Assembly (NCBI GenBank): GCA_965248435.1
Contig: OZ252100.1
Location: 3,936,001-4,000,000, forward strand
Direction: 5' to 3'
DNA: 64,000 bases
Source of the DNA: Candidatus Latescibacterota bacterium
Lineage (GTDB): Bacteria > Latescibacterota > UBA2968 > GCA-2709665
The notes beneath the pieces are model-generated. The model had not been told where the DNA came from. It made no database searches and worked only from the letters and a program-made list of their open reading frames with translations. The position numbers were made by a program, and so were the translations under genes. Positions 1 to 9,718 of the stretch are shown here, in pieces; the first letter of the stretch is position 1; every line of letters begins with the position of its first letter.

Positions 1-494
1 ACCGCGACGTCGTCGAGCGAGTACGCATCGACGAACTGGGTCGGGTGCGCGGTGGCCGACCCGATCGCAAAGTGACTCAGAACCAACGGTGGTTGCTCCT
101 GCGCAGCAAAGCAAATGTCACGAGCAAAGAAGACAGAGTGTCGCTAAGAGAATTGCTTTCTGCAAACAAACGCCTCTACACGGTATATCTCCTCAAAGAG
201 GATCTCAATCATCTCTGGTCTTATCGATCCAGAGCTGCGGCCAACAGATTCTGGAATCAGTGGTATCGACGCGCCATCTACAGCAAGATCGAGCCACTCA
301 AGAAATTCGCACGCAATCTGAAGACGTATATGCCAGGAATCCTAGCTCACTGTGACTATCCCATCGGGACAAGCCTGATTGAGGGAATTAACAACAAAAT
401 CAAGGTCATCAAGCGGATGGCATATGGCTTCAGGGATGATAATTATTTCTTTCTTAGAATCCGCCACGCCTTCCCCGGAAATCGGTGATGAACC
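1..494 (+). mobile_element. ISL3-family insertion sequence, 3' part (cut by window edge)
   Basis: Matches 41491-41984 apart from one synonymous SNP seen by eye. Ends in right IR CCCCGGAAATCGGTGATGAACC, followed by TTTACAAA. Confidence 0.95.
45..488 (+). CDS. ISL3 transposase, C-terminal part (gene starts before the window)
   Basis: ISL3 C-terminal motif EGINNKIKVIKRMAYGFRD; same protein as 40764..41978. Confidence 0.95.
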   Translation: MRGGRPDRKVTQNQRWLLLRSKANVTSKEDRVSLRELLSANKRLYTVYLLKEDLNHLWSYRSRAAANRFWNQWYRRAIYSKIEPLKKFARNLKTYMPGILAHCDYPIGTSLIEGINNKIKVIKRMAYGFRDDNYFFLRIRHAFPGNR

Positions 495-554
495 TTTACA
501 AAGGCTCTTCACCAAATTCCGGGGAGGGTGGGGGATTTCGAGGCAAATACAGAC

Positions 555-1609
555 CCTGAGTTCAATAAGGAAGTGCAACACTTAGGGTAGCAACTGTCCT
601 ATCCTAAGTGTATGGGAAACAATTACAAGCATCTTACGATAGACGAACGCGAGCAGATTGCGCTTTGTCGAGCCACTGGTGCAAGCCTTAGAGATATTGC
701 CAAGGCCCTTGACCGGAGCGCCAGCACGATTTCAAGAGAGTTGAAACGTAATCCGTCCCCGATAGCTGAGAGTTACTCGGGCCTCCAGGCTCACAGAAGG
801 GCTGAGAAACGTAAGCGGGAGGCCGGCAAGCGGAAACGGCTGAAGAATCCGGTTATCCGGCGATATGTCGAGACCAAACTCAAGCAAGGATGGTCTCCCG
901 AGTTGATCGCTGGGAGGCTTCCCGAGGAGCGTCCGAGCGCGGGTATCAGCCACGAAGCCATCTACCAGTATATCTACGATCCAAAGGTGCACAAGCAGCG
1001 GGATCTGGTTGCTTGCTTATCCCGAGCTCACAAAAAACGAAAGCCGCGGTGGCATACCCGAAAACACCGGGAAAGCCACATTCCAGGCCGTATTTCGATC
1101 GATCGACGTCCCCGTTACATCGAAAAACGGAAACAACCTGGCCACTGGGAATCCGACACCATCATCTCTCGTGAGAGCAAACAGGCCGTTGGCGCTTGTC
1201 TTGAGCGATCGTCGAGATACCTACACCTGGCTAAGCTGGCAAAGAACGGACCCTCGGAGGTCGCCGAAGCGATTAATCGACGCCTTGGGCGACATCCTCC
1301 CCACATGAGGAAGAGCATCACATATGACAACGGATCCGAAAACGGCCAACATCAACGGGTCAACGAGGTGCTTGGCACCAAATCCTATTTCTGCAAACCG
1401 TTCCACAGCTGGGAGCGAGGCGCTGTGGAAAACGCTATCGGTCTGGTCCGCAGATACCTCCCCAAGAAGACAGACTTCTCAAAGGTCAGCAAACACGAGT
1501 TAAAGAAAATTCAGAACCGGATCAACAACCGACCAAGAAAATGTCTTAACTTCAAAACACCAGCTGAAGTCTTCAAGTCCAAGTGTTGCACTTAGTCATT
1601 GAATCCAGC
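555..1609 (+). mobile_element. IS30-family insertion sequence, copy 1 (1055 bp)
   Basis: Imperfect terminal IRs CCTGAGTTCAATAAGGAAGTGCAACACTT / GCTGGATTCAATGACTAAGTGCAACACTT; 3-bp TSD GAC (552-554, 1610-1612). Confidence 0.95.
612..1595 (+). CDS. IS30-family transposase
   Basis: N-terminal HTH (RSASTISRELKRN), WSPELIAG, and DDE motifs GHWESDT / TYDNGSE / WERGAVEN. Confidence 0.97.
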   Translation: MGNNYKHLTIDEREQIALCRATGASLRDIAKALDRSASTISRELKRNPSPIAESYSGLQAHRRAEKRKREAGKRKRLKNPVIRRYVETKLKQGWSPELIAGRLPEERPSAGISHEAIYQYIYDPKVHKQRDLVACLSRAHKKRKPRWHTRKHRESHIPGRISIDRRPRYIEKRKQPGHWESDTIISRESKQAVGACLERSSRYLHLAKLAKNGPSEVAEAINRRLGRHPPHMRKSITYDNGSENGQHQRVNEVLGTKSYFCKPFHSWERGAVENAIGLVRRYLPKKTDFSKVSKHELKKIQNRINNRPRKCLNFKTPAEVFKSKCCT

Positions 1610-1988
1610 GACATGATTCTTGGTCACCAAGCGTTCGCCTCCACCCCACCCAACATCCATGCCTCCGGCGGCCTACTTTTCTTGTCTCGCCACAAGAAAA
1701 GTAGGCAAAAGAAAGGCTCCGCTCAGGCGCCGCGGGGCTCGGGCCGCGGCACCTTACCCTCAGTGGAAAAAACGATCACGGCAGGAAGGCCAAATCCTCA
1801 CCACGTGCTCACGATCACTGAGGAACCAATCCGCTGGGAGGAGAAATCCACTCCTTGCAAGGTAAGTCGCACACCGCGGCCCTGACGGACTTGAGTGATA
1901 CAGTTCGCAAGTTCCAAGACCCTTCACAAATCGGCCAGTTCTACAATTAGAGCACATTACCTTAGCCCCCAACATTTGACGAAGAACC

Positions 1989-2122
1989 TTTCCAAAGGGG
2001 GGACATTGCTCTAAATGATGTGGATTCTTTATTCAGAAAGCTAATTCTTCCCCCTTTGAAAAAGCATGTCCCGAGCTTGCCGAGGGAGGGGATTGAGGGG
2101 GATTTCAAGATGCATCACTGCA
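1989..2122. repeat. Palindromic C/G-tract intergenic repeat (REP/REPIN-like family 1), right part
   Basis: TTTCCAAAGGGGGG-spacer-CCCCCTTTGAAAAAG...GGGGATTGAGGGGGATTTCAAGATGCATCACTGCA; spacer nearly identical to the 40595-40655 region. Confidence 0.8.
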
Positions 2123-2246
2123 GGGGAGTCGCACACCGCGGCCCTGATGGTTTCACCCGATGCATTTGGCGACCTTCAGGATCGCGGGCAAGTCGGCGAT
2201 TCTACGAATAGAATTCAGTACCAGACCCAACATTTGACGAAGAACT
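2119..2246 (-). mobile_element. Truncated left-end fragment of the ISL3-ended element (copy E)
   Basis: CCCAACATTTGACGAAGAAC (left IR, reverse complement) plus conserved block GAGTCGCACACCGCGGCCCTGA. Confidence 0.75.
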
Positions 2247-2359
2247 TTAGTAAAAACGGTCGACGGCGGATGCAACCGTTCCGCCAGAATCTCAGCATAG
2301 GGAGGGATTGGAGCGATGCCTTGCTTGAGGATCCTCTTGGCGCCGGGTAGGAGGATGAG

Positions 2360-3817
2360 ATGGCGGACGATCGGAGCCTAGCGAGCGAGCTATATCAACT
2401 CACCGCAACGCAGGTGGTCGCGATGCTCGGCCGCGGCGAGGTGTCACCGCTCGAGCTGGTCGATGCGGCGGTGGCGCGCATCGAGGCGACGGATCGGCAC
2501 TTGAACGCGTTGCCCACGCTGTGCGTGGACCGAGCGCGAGACCATGCGCGCCGAATCATGAAGCACGGCCGCCCGGATGGAGACGGACCGTGGCTCGGGG
2601 GGCTGCCGCTCGCGATCAAGGATCTCAACGAGGTGGCGGGGGTGCGCACCACGTTCGGTTCGCCGATTTTCGCCCACCACGTGCCGGAGCGTTCCGACAT
2701 TCTCGTAGAGGCCCTCGAGGCGCGAGGCGGGATCGTGCTCGCGAAGTCCAACACCCCGGAGTTCGGTGCCGGCGCGAGCACGTTCAACGAGGTGCTCGGC
2801 AAGACCCGCAATCCCTGGAACACCGACAAATCGGTAGCGGGCTCGTCCGGCGGCGCGGCCGCCGCGCTTGCGGCCGGCCAGGTGTGGCTCGCGCACGGCA
2901 GTGATCTCGGCGGCAGCCTGCGCATCCCCGCGAGCTTCAACGGCGTCATCGGGCTGCGCCCCAGCCCGGGCCGGGTGGCGAGCGGCCCTTCTTCGATGCC
3001 GTTCGACACGCTGTCTGTCAACGGACCGATGGCGCGCACCGCGCGCGATACCGCGCTGTTTCTCGACGCGCTGTGCGGCGAGCACCCGTGCGACCCCCTG
3101 ACCTTCCCCGCGCCGGCGCGCTCGTTTCTCGAGGCGGTCGAGGCTGCGGAGGCGCCGCGACGGATCGGATTCAGCGAGGACCTCGGGATCGTACCAGTGG
3201 ACCCGGAAGTCGCCGCGATCTGCGAGCGCGCCGCGCGCCGCTTCGAAGACCTCGGCGCGATCGTGGAACCGGCTTGCCCCGATTTCTCGCAAGCGTTCGA
3301 GTGTTTCCAGACCCTGCGCGCCGCCCAGTACGTCGCCGGGCACGGCGAACACCTGAGAGAGCATCGAACCCTGCTCAAGCAGGACATCATCTGGAACACC
3401 GAGAAGGGGCTCGCCCAGTCGGCCGAGGACGTGGCGGCGGCGGAGCTCGCGCGCGGCGCGCTCTATGAGGACACCGCGCGTTTCTTCGAGAACTACGACT
3501 TGCTGCTCTGTCCGACCGTCATCGTGCCGCCGTTCGACGTGGACGTACGCTATGTCGACGAGGTCCAAGGCCACAAGTTCGACAACTACGTGCACTGGCT
3601 CGCGCTAACGTTCGCAGTCACCCTCACGGCGTGCCCGGCGCTCTCGGCCCCGGCCGGGATGACCGAGGGCGGTCTCCCGGTCGGCCTGCAGATCATCGGC
3701 CCGCCCCGGGGAGAAGCTCGCATCCTCGCCGCCGCCGAGCTGCTGGAGCGCTCGAGCGGGCTCGCCGCGAAGCTTCCGATCGATCCACTAGACGCGTCGG
3801 GACGGGCGTTGGGGTGA
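2360..3817 (+). CDS. Amidase signature family protein
   Basis: AIKDL, GSSGGAAAA and GSDLGGSLRIPAS (Ser-cisSer-Lys triad); RBS AGGAGG. Confidence 0.95.
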   Translation: MADDRSLASELYQLTATQVVAMLGRGEVSPLELVDAAVARIEATDRHLNALPTLCVDRARDHARRIMKHGRPDGDGPWLGGLPLAIKDLNEVAGVRTTFGSPIFAHHVPERSDILVEALEARGGIVLAKSNTPEFGAGASTFNEVLGKTRNPWNTDKSVAGSSGGAAAALAAGQVWLAHGSDLGGSLRIPASFNGVIGLRPSPGRVASGPSSMPFDTLSVNGPMARTARDTALFLDALCGEHPCDPLTFPAPARSFLEAVEAAEAPRRIGFSEDLGIVPVDPEVAAICERAARRFEDLGAIVEPACPDFSQAFECFQTLRAAQYVAGHGEHLREHRTLLKQDIIWNTEKGLAQSAEDVAAAELARGALYEDTARFFENYDLLLCPTVIVPPFDVDVRYVDEVQGHKFDNYVHWLALTFAVTLTACPALSAPAGMTEGGLPVGLQIIGPPRGEARILAAAELLERSSGLAAKLPIDPLDASGRALG

Positions 3818-4009
3818 AGCCCGGGTCAAGCGCGGAACCGTAAATCCGTGTTCGTCGAATAGGACGTTATTCAATTGCGGATTTGGGATTGGGGATTGAA
3901 AGACAAATTTCACCGCAGATGACGCAGAGAAAATCGAATAGAATGAATAAGAGACAAAGACAATCGTTGCGAGATACGAGATACGGATTCACCCACTGGA
4001 GGCCTGAAG

Positions 4010-5596
4010 GTGAGCCCCCCATCGCCCGCCGTGTCTGACCTGGAAGCGCTGCGCGCCGAGCGGAAGCGGATTGCACGGCGCAAGCGACGGCTCGTCGTGC
4101 ACTCAGACGGCATGCACATGGAAGAGGGTAAACAGGCACTCGAGACGTATCCGTGCATCTTTCCTGACCTTCCAGGCACCCCGGTGGACACCCTGACCTA
4201 CTCCCTGATTCATCAGTTCAACGTGGCCAGGCTCTACCGGTCCCAGGTCGCCCAGGAATGGCCGCCGGGTCACGTAGCGGAGGTCTACGGCGACGGCCCC
4301 GACGGCCTAGAGGTCTACATCGATTTCTGCCGCAAGAACGGCTACGAGGCCTTTTGGGCCATGCGGATGAACGACACGCACGACGCGATGGACACCGAAC
4401 ACGGCTGGATGCGATGGAACAGCAACCCCTGGAAACAGGCCCGCACGGAGCTCCTGGTCGGGACACGCGAGGAGGTGCCACCGCACGGCCGCTGGAGCGC
4501 CCTGGACTTTTCGTTCGACGAGGTCCGGGAGCAGGTGTTCCTGATTCTGGAGGAAGTCTGCCGCCGCTACGACGTGGACGGCATCAAGCTCGACTTTTTT
4601 CGGCACCCGACCTGTTTCCGGTCGACCGCGTGGGGAGGGGAGGCGACCGATGAAGAGTGCGAGTTGATGACCGGGTTGATCCGCCGCATCCGGGAGATGA
4701 CCGAATCGGTCGGACTCGAACGGGGCCGGCCGATCCTGTTCGCCGCCCGAACCCCGGACTCGACGGCCTACTCGCGCGGGCTCGGGCTGGACGTGGAGGC
4801 ATGGATGCGCCAGGACCTGATCGACATCTGGGTCGGGGGTGGATACATCGTCCTTCGAGACTGGGAGGAGGCCGTGGAGATCGCGCACCGACTGGGGTGT
4901 CAGTTCTGGGCAGGACTGGACGAATCCCGGGCCGGGAGTGGGTCCGGGGGCTACAACTCCCCGGAGGCCTAGCGTGCCCGAGTCCTTACCGCGTGGTCCG
5001 CCCGCGTGGACGCCATCTTTCTGTTCAATTTCATGTACGCGCCGAATACGCCCTCGTTCGACGTTTTGCACGATCTTCACAGCCCCGAGGGGCTGGACCT
5101 GAAGGACAAGATGGTTGTTCCGAACCCGACCTACGAGTATGACACGGCCGGAGACTGGTTGAAGGATGGAGACAGGCACTTTCGCCGACCCGGCGGGTTC
5201 TCGCCCGGGAGCTCCGCAGTGCTGAAAGGCGGCGTGTCCCGCACGGTAGAGCTACGCATTGACGACGATCTCGGCGCGGCCGTTGAGGGCGGGCATGCCC
5301 CATCCGTCAAACTGGGTCTCCATCTCGACGGCGCAGAGAGCGTCTCCGACGTGGCGTTGGCCTTCAACGACGCTTCGATGTCAGACGCCGCCTTCGCCGT
5401 GGAATCGGGAGAGGGGCCGGACTTCTACGACCAGAAAGGTAAGGTCTTCGCCATGCCGTGTCCCGGCCGTTGGCTGCTGTACGACATCCCGCTGGAACGC
5501 GTTAAATCAGGACTAAATCAGGTCTGCATTTCAGCCGCAGCCTCTTCTCGGCTCACCCTGAACGATCTGCGGGTCTGGGTCCGCTATCCGGGTTAA
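4010..5596 (+). pseudogene. Putative TIM-barrel glycoside hydrolase-like protein (GHL10-like) split by an in-frame TAG at 4970-4972
   Basis: ORFs 4010..4972 and 5006..5596 are in the same frame and read through as PEA*RARVLTAWSARVDAIFLFNF. Motifs MRMNDTH and YDVDGIKLDFFR. Confidence 0.7.
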
Positions 5597-5609
5597 ATCG
5601 TCAACCACC

Positions 5610-6353
5610 ATGTCCTTGTCCTTCAGCTCCCGCGTCTCCGTGTTCGATGCGAACGTCGGTGTCGGACACCGTCCGGACCGGAGCTATCCGTTCGATTCAT
5701 CGGGTCAGCTGCTCGAAGAGATGTCACGCCACGGGGTCGGCCGCGCGCTCGTCTACGCTGTCCAAGGCGAATCGATCAGCCCGACTCAGGGCAACGACTC
5801 ACTCGCTGCATGGACCGATCGGAACGACCCGCTCGTTCCTCAGTTCGTGGCTGGATGCGACTCTGGATCGCTGAGCCAGCTGGCCGACCTCCATCAGGAC
5901 GGCCTGGTCTCGAGCGTTCGGCTGCACAACACCACGGAGTGCGGTCTGCCGTTCGCCCCGTGGCTCTACGGCGACCTGCTCTCCTGGCTGAGCGCTGAGC
6001 GCATCCCCATCTGGATCTCGCTGGCAGACACGCCTCCGACCGAGATCGTCGACACATTGTGTGGCACTCCGGACCTGACCGTCGTGTTGGTCGGCGCCCA
6101 CTACAGGCATTCGATGATGGTCCGTCCGATGATGCGCGCGCTGCCCGAAGCGTTCCTGGAACTCAGCCGCTACGAGAACATCTGCGGCATCGAAAAGCTC
6201 GTTCAGGAGTTTGGCGCGGGCCGCCTGCTATACGGGTCCTTCTTCCCAAGATATGCGATGGGACCGATGCTGTTCGCACTCCATCATCTGGAGATCTCGG
6301 AGGAGGATCTCACGTCAATCTGCGGGACGAATCTGGAGCGAATTCTGAGCTAA
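5610..6353 (+). CDS. Amidohydrolase-2 fold protein with degenerate metal site
   Basis: FDANVGVG in place of DxHxH; RLLYGSFFP; ICGTNLERIL C-terminus. Confidence 0.8.
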   Translation: MSLSFSSRVSVFDANVGVGHRPDRSYPFDSSGQLLEEMSRHGVGRALVYAVQGESISPTQGNDSLAAWTDRNDPLVPQFVAGCDSGSLSQLADLHQDGLVSSVRLHNTTECGLPFAPWLYGDLLSWLSAERIPIWISLADTPPTEIVDTLCGTPDLTVVLVGAHYRHSMMVRPMMRALPEAFLELSRYENICGIEKLVQEFGAGRLLYGSFFPRYAMGPMLFALHHLEISEEDLTSICGTNLERILS

Positions 6354-6398
6354 AGAGGATCAATGGTTCAGATGGAAACGAATCGTCCTTGCCGAAAC

Positions 6399-6460
6399 AA
6401 ATCCCCCCTGCCCCCCTTTGGAAAAGGGGGATTGAGGGGGATTTCAGAATGCATCACTGC
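6399..6460. repeat. REP-like family 1, compact unoccupied copy
   Basis: AAATCCCCCCTGCCCCCCTTTGGAAAAGGGGGATTGAGGGGGATTT hairpin followed by the CAGAATGCATCACTGC tail. Confidence 0.8.
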
Positions 6461-6533
6461 ACACAGCGCAAGGGACGGGCGCAGCAAAAGGGCTGAATTC
6501 TTCCGCCCATCTTGTGCTCGCTGTGGGACCTGC

Positions 6534-6642
6534 ACCCACCCCGCCCCTGCGGGGCACCCCTCCCAGGAGGGGATTCTGAGTGACCGTGTCGTAAACGCAG
6601 TGAATATGAAGTCCCCTCCTCGGAGGGGATTTAGGGGTGGGT
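6534..6642. repeat. REPIN-like repeat, family 2
   Basis: ACCCACCCC...CCCCTCCCAGGAGGGGA...TCCCCTCCTCGGAGGGGA...GGGGTGGGT nested palindromes; left half recurs at 54085-54125. Confidence 0.75.
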
Positions 6643-6645
6643 CTT

Positions 6646-7395
6646 ATGATTGACGGTCAGGAAATCATAGACTTCCACGGCCACGTCGGTCGGTGGGACA
6701 CGTTCGAAATGAACGATGACGCCGAAGAGATTGTCAGCGCGATGGACGCCGGGGACATCGATCGGAGCTGCCTGTTCAACATCTTTCACCCGGACGGCAC
6801 GACGGGCAATGACCAGACCGCGGCGTATGTGGCTCGATACCCCGACAGGTTTATCGGCTTCGCCTATGTCTCTCCGCTGATGCCAGAACGTATCCTACCC
6901 GAGCTGGAACGGGCGATCGACCAGCTCGGCTTTCTCGCGATCAAGATCTACCCGCCCTATACCCACTGGTCGTTGAACGATCCTGTCTGGGACCCGATCT
7001 ACCGGTTCGCGGACGGCCGTGGTCTGGCGGTCATCTCCCACACGGGGGAGGGAGAAACGTGTTCGCCCGTCTACGTCGAGGACATCGCCTGCCGTTTCCC
7101 CGACGCGAGATTCGTGATCGGCCATTCGGGCAATTCCGAGCCGTACCGCAGTCAGGCGATCCAGGCGGCGCGGCGATTCTCGAACGTCTACCTCGAAACG
7201 TGCTCCACCTTCCGCGAACCCGGCGTGATCGAGAGACTGGTCGCCGAGGCGGGTGCGGATCGCGTGGTCTTCGGGTCGGACGTCCCGCTCATGGATCCGA
7301 GACCGCAGCTGGGTAAGATCATTACCGCCAGGATCAGCGATGAGGAAAAACGCCTCGTGCTTGGAGAAAACTCAAAAAGACTGTTAAGACTGTAA
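6646..7395 (+). CDS. Amidohydrolase-2 family metallohydrolase
   Basis: IDFHGH, SHTG, GHSG and VFGSD metal ligands. Confidence 0.9.
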   Translation: MIDGQEIIDFHGHVGRWDTFEMNDDAEEIVSAMDAGDIDRSCLFNIFHPDGTTGNDQTAAYVARYPDRFIGFAYVSPLMPERILPELERAIDQLGFLAIKIYPPYTHWSLNDPVWDPIYRFADGRGLAVISHTGEGETCSPVYVEDIACRFPDARFVIGHSGNSEPYRSQAIQAARRFSNVYLETCSTFREPGVIERLVAEAGADRVVFGSDVPLMDPRPQLGKIITARISDEEKRLVLGENSKRLLRL

Positions 7396-7481
7396 CGGGG
7401 TGTTGAGAAGTTTCGGTCCAAGCGTTACCTTGCACGGGAAAGCTTTCCTGTATTCGTGGTTGTCCTGCTGGGGATTGTTCA

Positions 7482-8804
7482 ATGTCGCGAGAGACCATCG
7501 AAGCCAGATACCGCGAGCTGACGCCGACGTCCCGTCAGATGTTCGAGGACGGTCGATCGGTGAACGCGGGCGCCGCCAAGGGCGCCTATTACTTCGCACC
7601 CTACCCGATCACGCTCCGTCGGGGAAAAGCGTGTGTGCTCGAAGACGTGGACGGCAGGTCCTACGTCGACTTCTCGAACCACCACACCGCGCAGGTATTG
7701 GGGCACAACCATCCTGCGATCCTCGACGCCGTTAAGCGGCAGTTGGCCGATGGCATCGCGCTTGGAGCCCCGACGGGCGTCGAGACCCGGCTGGCTGAGA
7801 TGATGTGTGAGCGCGTGCCTTCGGTCGATCGCATCCGTTTCGTCAACTCCGGGACCGAAGCCACGCTGCACGCCATCCGGCTCGCGAGATGCTTCACCGG
7901 CAGGCCGAAAGTCGCGAAGTTCGAAGGCGGCTACCACGGCAGCCACGACGCCGTCGAAATCAGCGTGGCTCCGCCGCTGGAGTCCGCGGGCGAAGTCTCG
8001 GAGCCCAACGCCGTTCCCGGCGCAGGAGGCATGGCGCCACACGCCCACGAAGAGACGGTTGTTCTGCCTTACAACGACGAGGAGAGCGTCGAGCGACTGT
8101 TGTCACGCCACCGCGACGAACTGGCGTGTGTGATCCTCGATCCAAAGGCAGGCATCATCCCGATCCGGCACGAGTTCATTCGGAGGGTGCGTGAGATCAC
8201 CGAGGAACTCGGCATCCTGCTGATCCTCGACGAAGTCGTGAGTATCCGTCTGGCGGAGGGAGGCTTCCAGAGCCAGGTGGGGGTCAGGCCCGACCTGACC
8301 TGCTTCGGCAAGATGATCGGCGGCGGGTTTCCCATCGGAGCCTTCGGGGGGCGAGCGGACATTATGGACCTGGTGGACAACTCCGGCGGGTCTCCACCTG
8401 TTTGGCAGAGCGGGACTCACAGCAGTCACGCCGTGGCGATGGCCGCCGGGATCGCCACGCTCGAGACCTTGACGGACGAGGCTTATGCGCATCTGAACCG
8501 CCTTGGGGATCGGCTGAAGGCCGGCCTGGAAGGTTTGTTCGCCGACCGCGGTGTTACTGCGCAGGTCGCCACGATAGGATCCTTGTTCAGCATCAGCTTC
8601 GGCATCGACCGGCTGAATGACTATCGCGACCTGGCCCGGTCGGACAAAGCGATGGTGCACGCCGTGTTCCTGTCTCTGCTCAACCAGGGCTACTTCCCGG
8701 GGAAGGGACTGAACATGTGCGCAATCAGTCTCCCGACCCGGGACGATCACGTGGACGGCCTGGTTTCAGCCGTCGGAAACGCCCTCGACGAGGCTGCCTC
8801 ATAG
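7482..8804 (+). CDS. Class III PLP aminotransferase (glutamate-1-semialdehyde aminomutase-like)
   Basis: FVNSGTEA, FEGGYHG, LILDEV and PDLTCFGKMIGGG (PLP lysine). Confidence 0.92.
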   Translation: MSRETIEARYRELTPTSRQMFEDGRSVNAGAAKGAYYFAPYPITLRRGKACVLEDVDGRSYVDFSNHHTAQVLGHNHPAILDAVKRQLADGIALGAPTGVETRLAEMMCERVPSVDRIRFVNSGTEATLHAIRLARCFTGRPKVAKFEGGYHGSHDAVEISVAPPLESAGEVSEPNAVPGAGGMAPHAHEETVVLPYNDEESVERLLSRHRDELACVILDPKAGIIPIRHEFIRRVREITEELGILLILDEVVSIRLAEGGFQSQVGVRPDLTCFGKMIGGGFPIGAFGGRADIMDLVDNSGGSPPVWQSGTHSSHAVAMAAGIATLETLTDEAYAHLNRLGDRLKAGLEGLFADRGVTAQVATIGSLFSISFGIDRLNDYRDLARSDKAMVHAVFLSLLNQGYFPGKGLNMCAISLPTRDDHVDGLVSAVGNALDEAAS

Positions 8805-8907
8805 GGCGTCCAGGTCAAACGTCCACCAGACGGTATGAATTGTTCATCATTTTATGACCCTTAGATGCTTGTGCCTCTTACCCTACTTTTCTTGTGTGGG
8901 TCGATGG

Positions 8908-9480
8908 TTGACATGGAAACAAATCCCCCCTACCCCCCTTTTCCAAAGGTTCTTCTCCAAATGTTGGGGTTAAGGTAATATGCTCTATTGTAGAACTCGC
9001 TGACTTGCCGGCGGCCCTGGGACTCTCGAAATGCATCGCTCAAAGTGATCAGGGCCGCGGTGTGCGACTCCTATGCAACCTCGTTCTTTCACCTCCCACG
9101 CGGTTAGGGCCTCTGGTCCGGTCCCATAGTGGACGTCAAGCGGGGCAGGAGTCCCGCCCTGATTGCCGCCACCGTCCTTTCCATTGAGGGTGAGGTGCCG
9201 CGGCCGAGCCCCCGCGGCGTTTGAGCGGCGCCCTTCTTTTGTCTACTTTTCTTGTGGCGAGACAAGAAAAGTAGACCGCCGGAGGCTTGGGGTTCTGGGG
9301 TGGGGCGAACAGATTAGGGAGCAACGAGAGATAGCCACTTTTTCCTCTTGCCCTCCCCTAGATTCGGTGAAGAGCCTTTCCAAAGGGGGAAGGTTACTCT
9401 TGCTGAAAGAGTACCCATTCAGAAAATAGATTCTTCCACCTTTCCTAAAGGGGGATTAAGGGGATTTCAAAATGCATCAC
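8908..9480. repeat. REP-like family 1 copy hosting element B
   Basis: TTGACATGGAAACAAATCCCCCC... at left and GGGGGATTAAGGGGATTTCAAAATGCATCAC at right. Confidence 0.75.
8948..9376 (+). mobile_element. Non-autonomous ISL3-ended element, copy B (429 bp)
   Basis: Ends GGTTCTTCTCCAAATGTTGGGG and CCCCTAGATTCGGTGAAGAGCC; perfect 8-bp TSD TTTCCAAA (8940-8947, 9377-9384). Confidence 0.9.
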
Positions 9481-9718
9481 AATCTTTTCTCGCCCGCACG
9501 TCCTTGTATCGCACCACCGGCTATAATGCCATCTGGCATCTTGCCAACTTCGGCTTCGTTGTCCGGCTGGATGACGCCTACATTTTTCCTCGATCCCATC
9601 CTGAGGGCCACCACTCACGCCCGCAAATACCGTCCTGTAGAATGAATCACTACGACCCCGTTTCTCTGGATAAAGCCGATCTATTCGAACTCGAACGTGC
9701 GTACAAGAAGGGGATAAC

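Larger units (their letters stand above)
503..1988 (-). mobile_element. Non-autonomous ISL3-ended element, copy A (~430 bp, interrupted by IS30)
   Basis: On the minus strand it starts GGTTCTTCGTCAAATGTTGGGG (same as the ISL3 left end) and ends CCCCGGAATTTGGTGAAGAGCC. Core blocks shared with copies at 8948, 53729 and 63162. Confidence 0.85.

Noticed and set aside
1620-1975. Short ORFs inside the non-autonomous elements (also near 9005-9429, 53684-54371 and 63199-63575)
   Set aside because: Frames, starts and lengths are not conserved between copies; shared peptides only reflect shared DNA.
7482-8804. Assigning hemL (and uxuA, dapA, porV) gene symbols
   Set aside because: Family-level motifs only; catabolic context and motif deviations suggest paralogs with other substrates.
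8908-8935. TTGACA at the left edge of REP family 1 as a portable -35 box (also 40556 and 53690)
   Set aside because: The -10 position falls in a C tract; better read as part of the repeat terminus.
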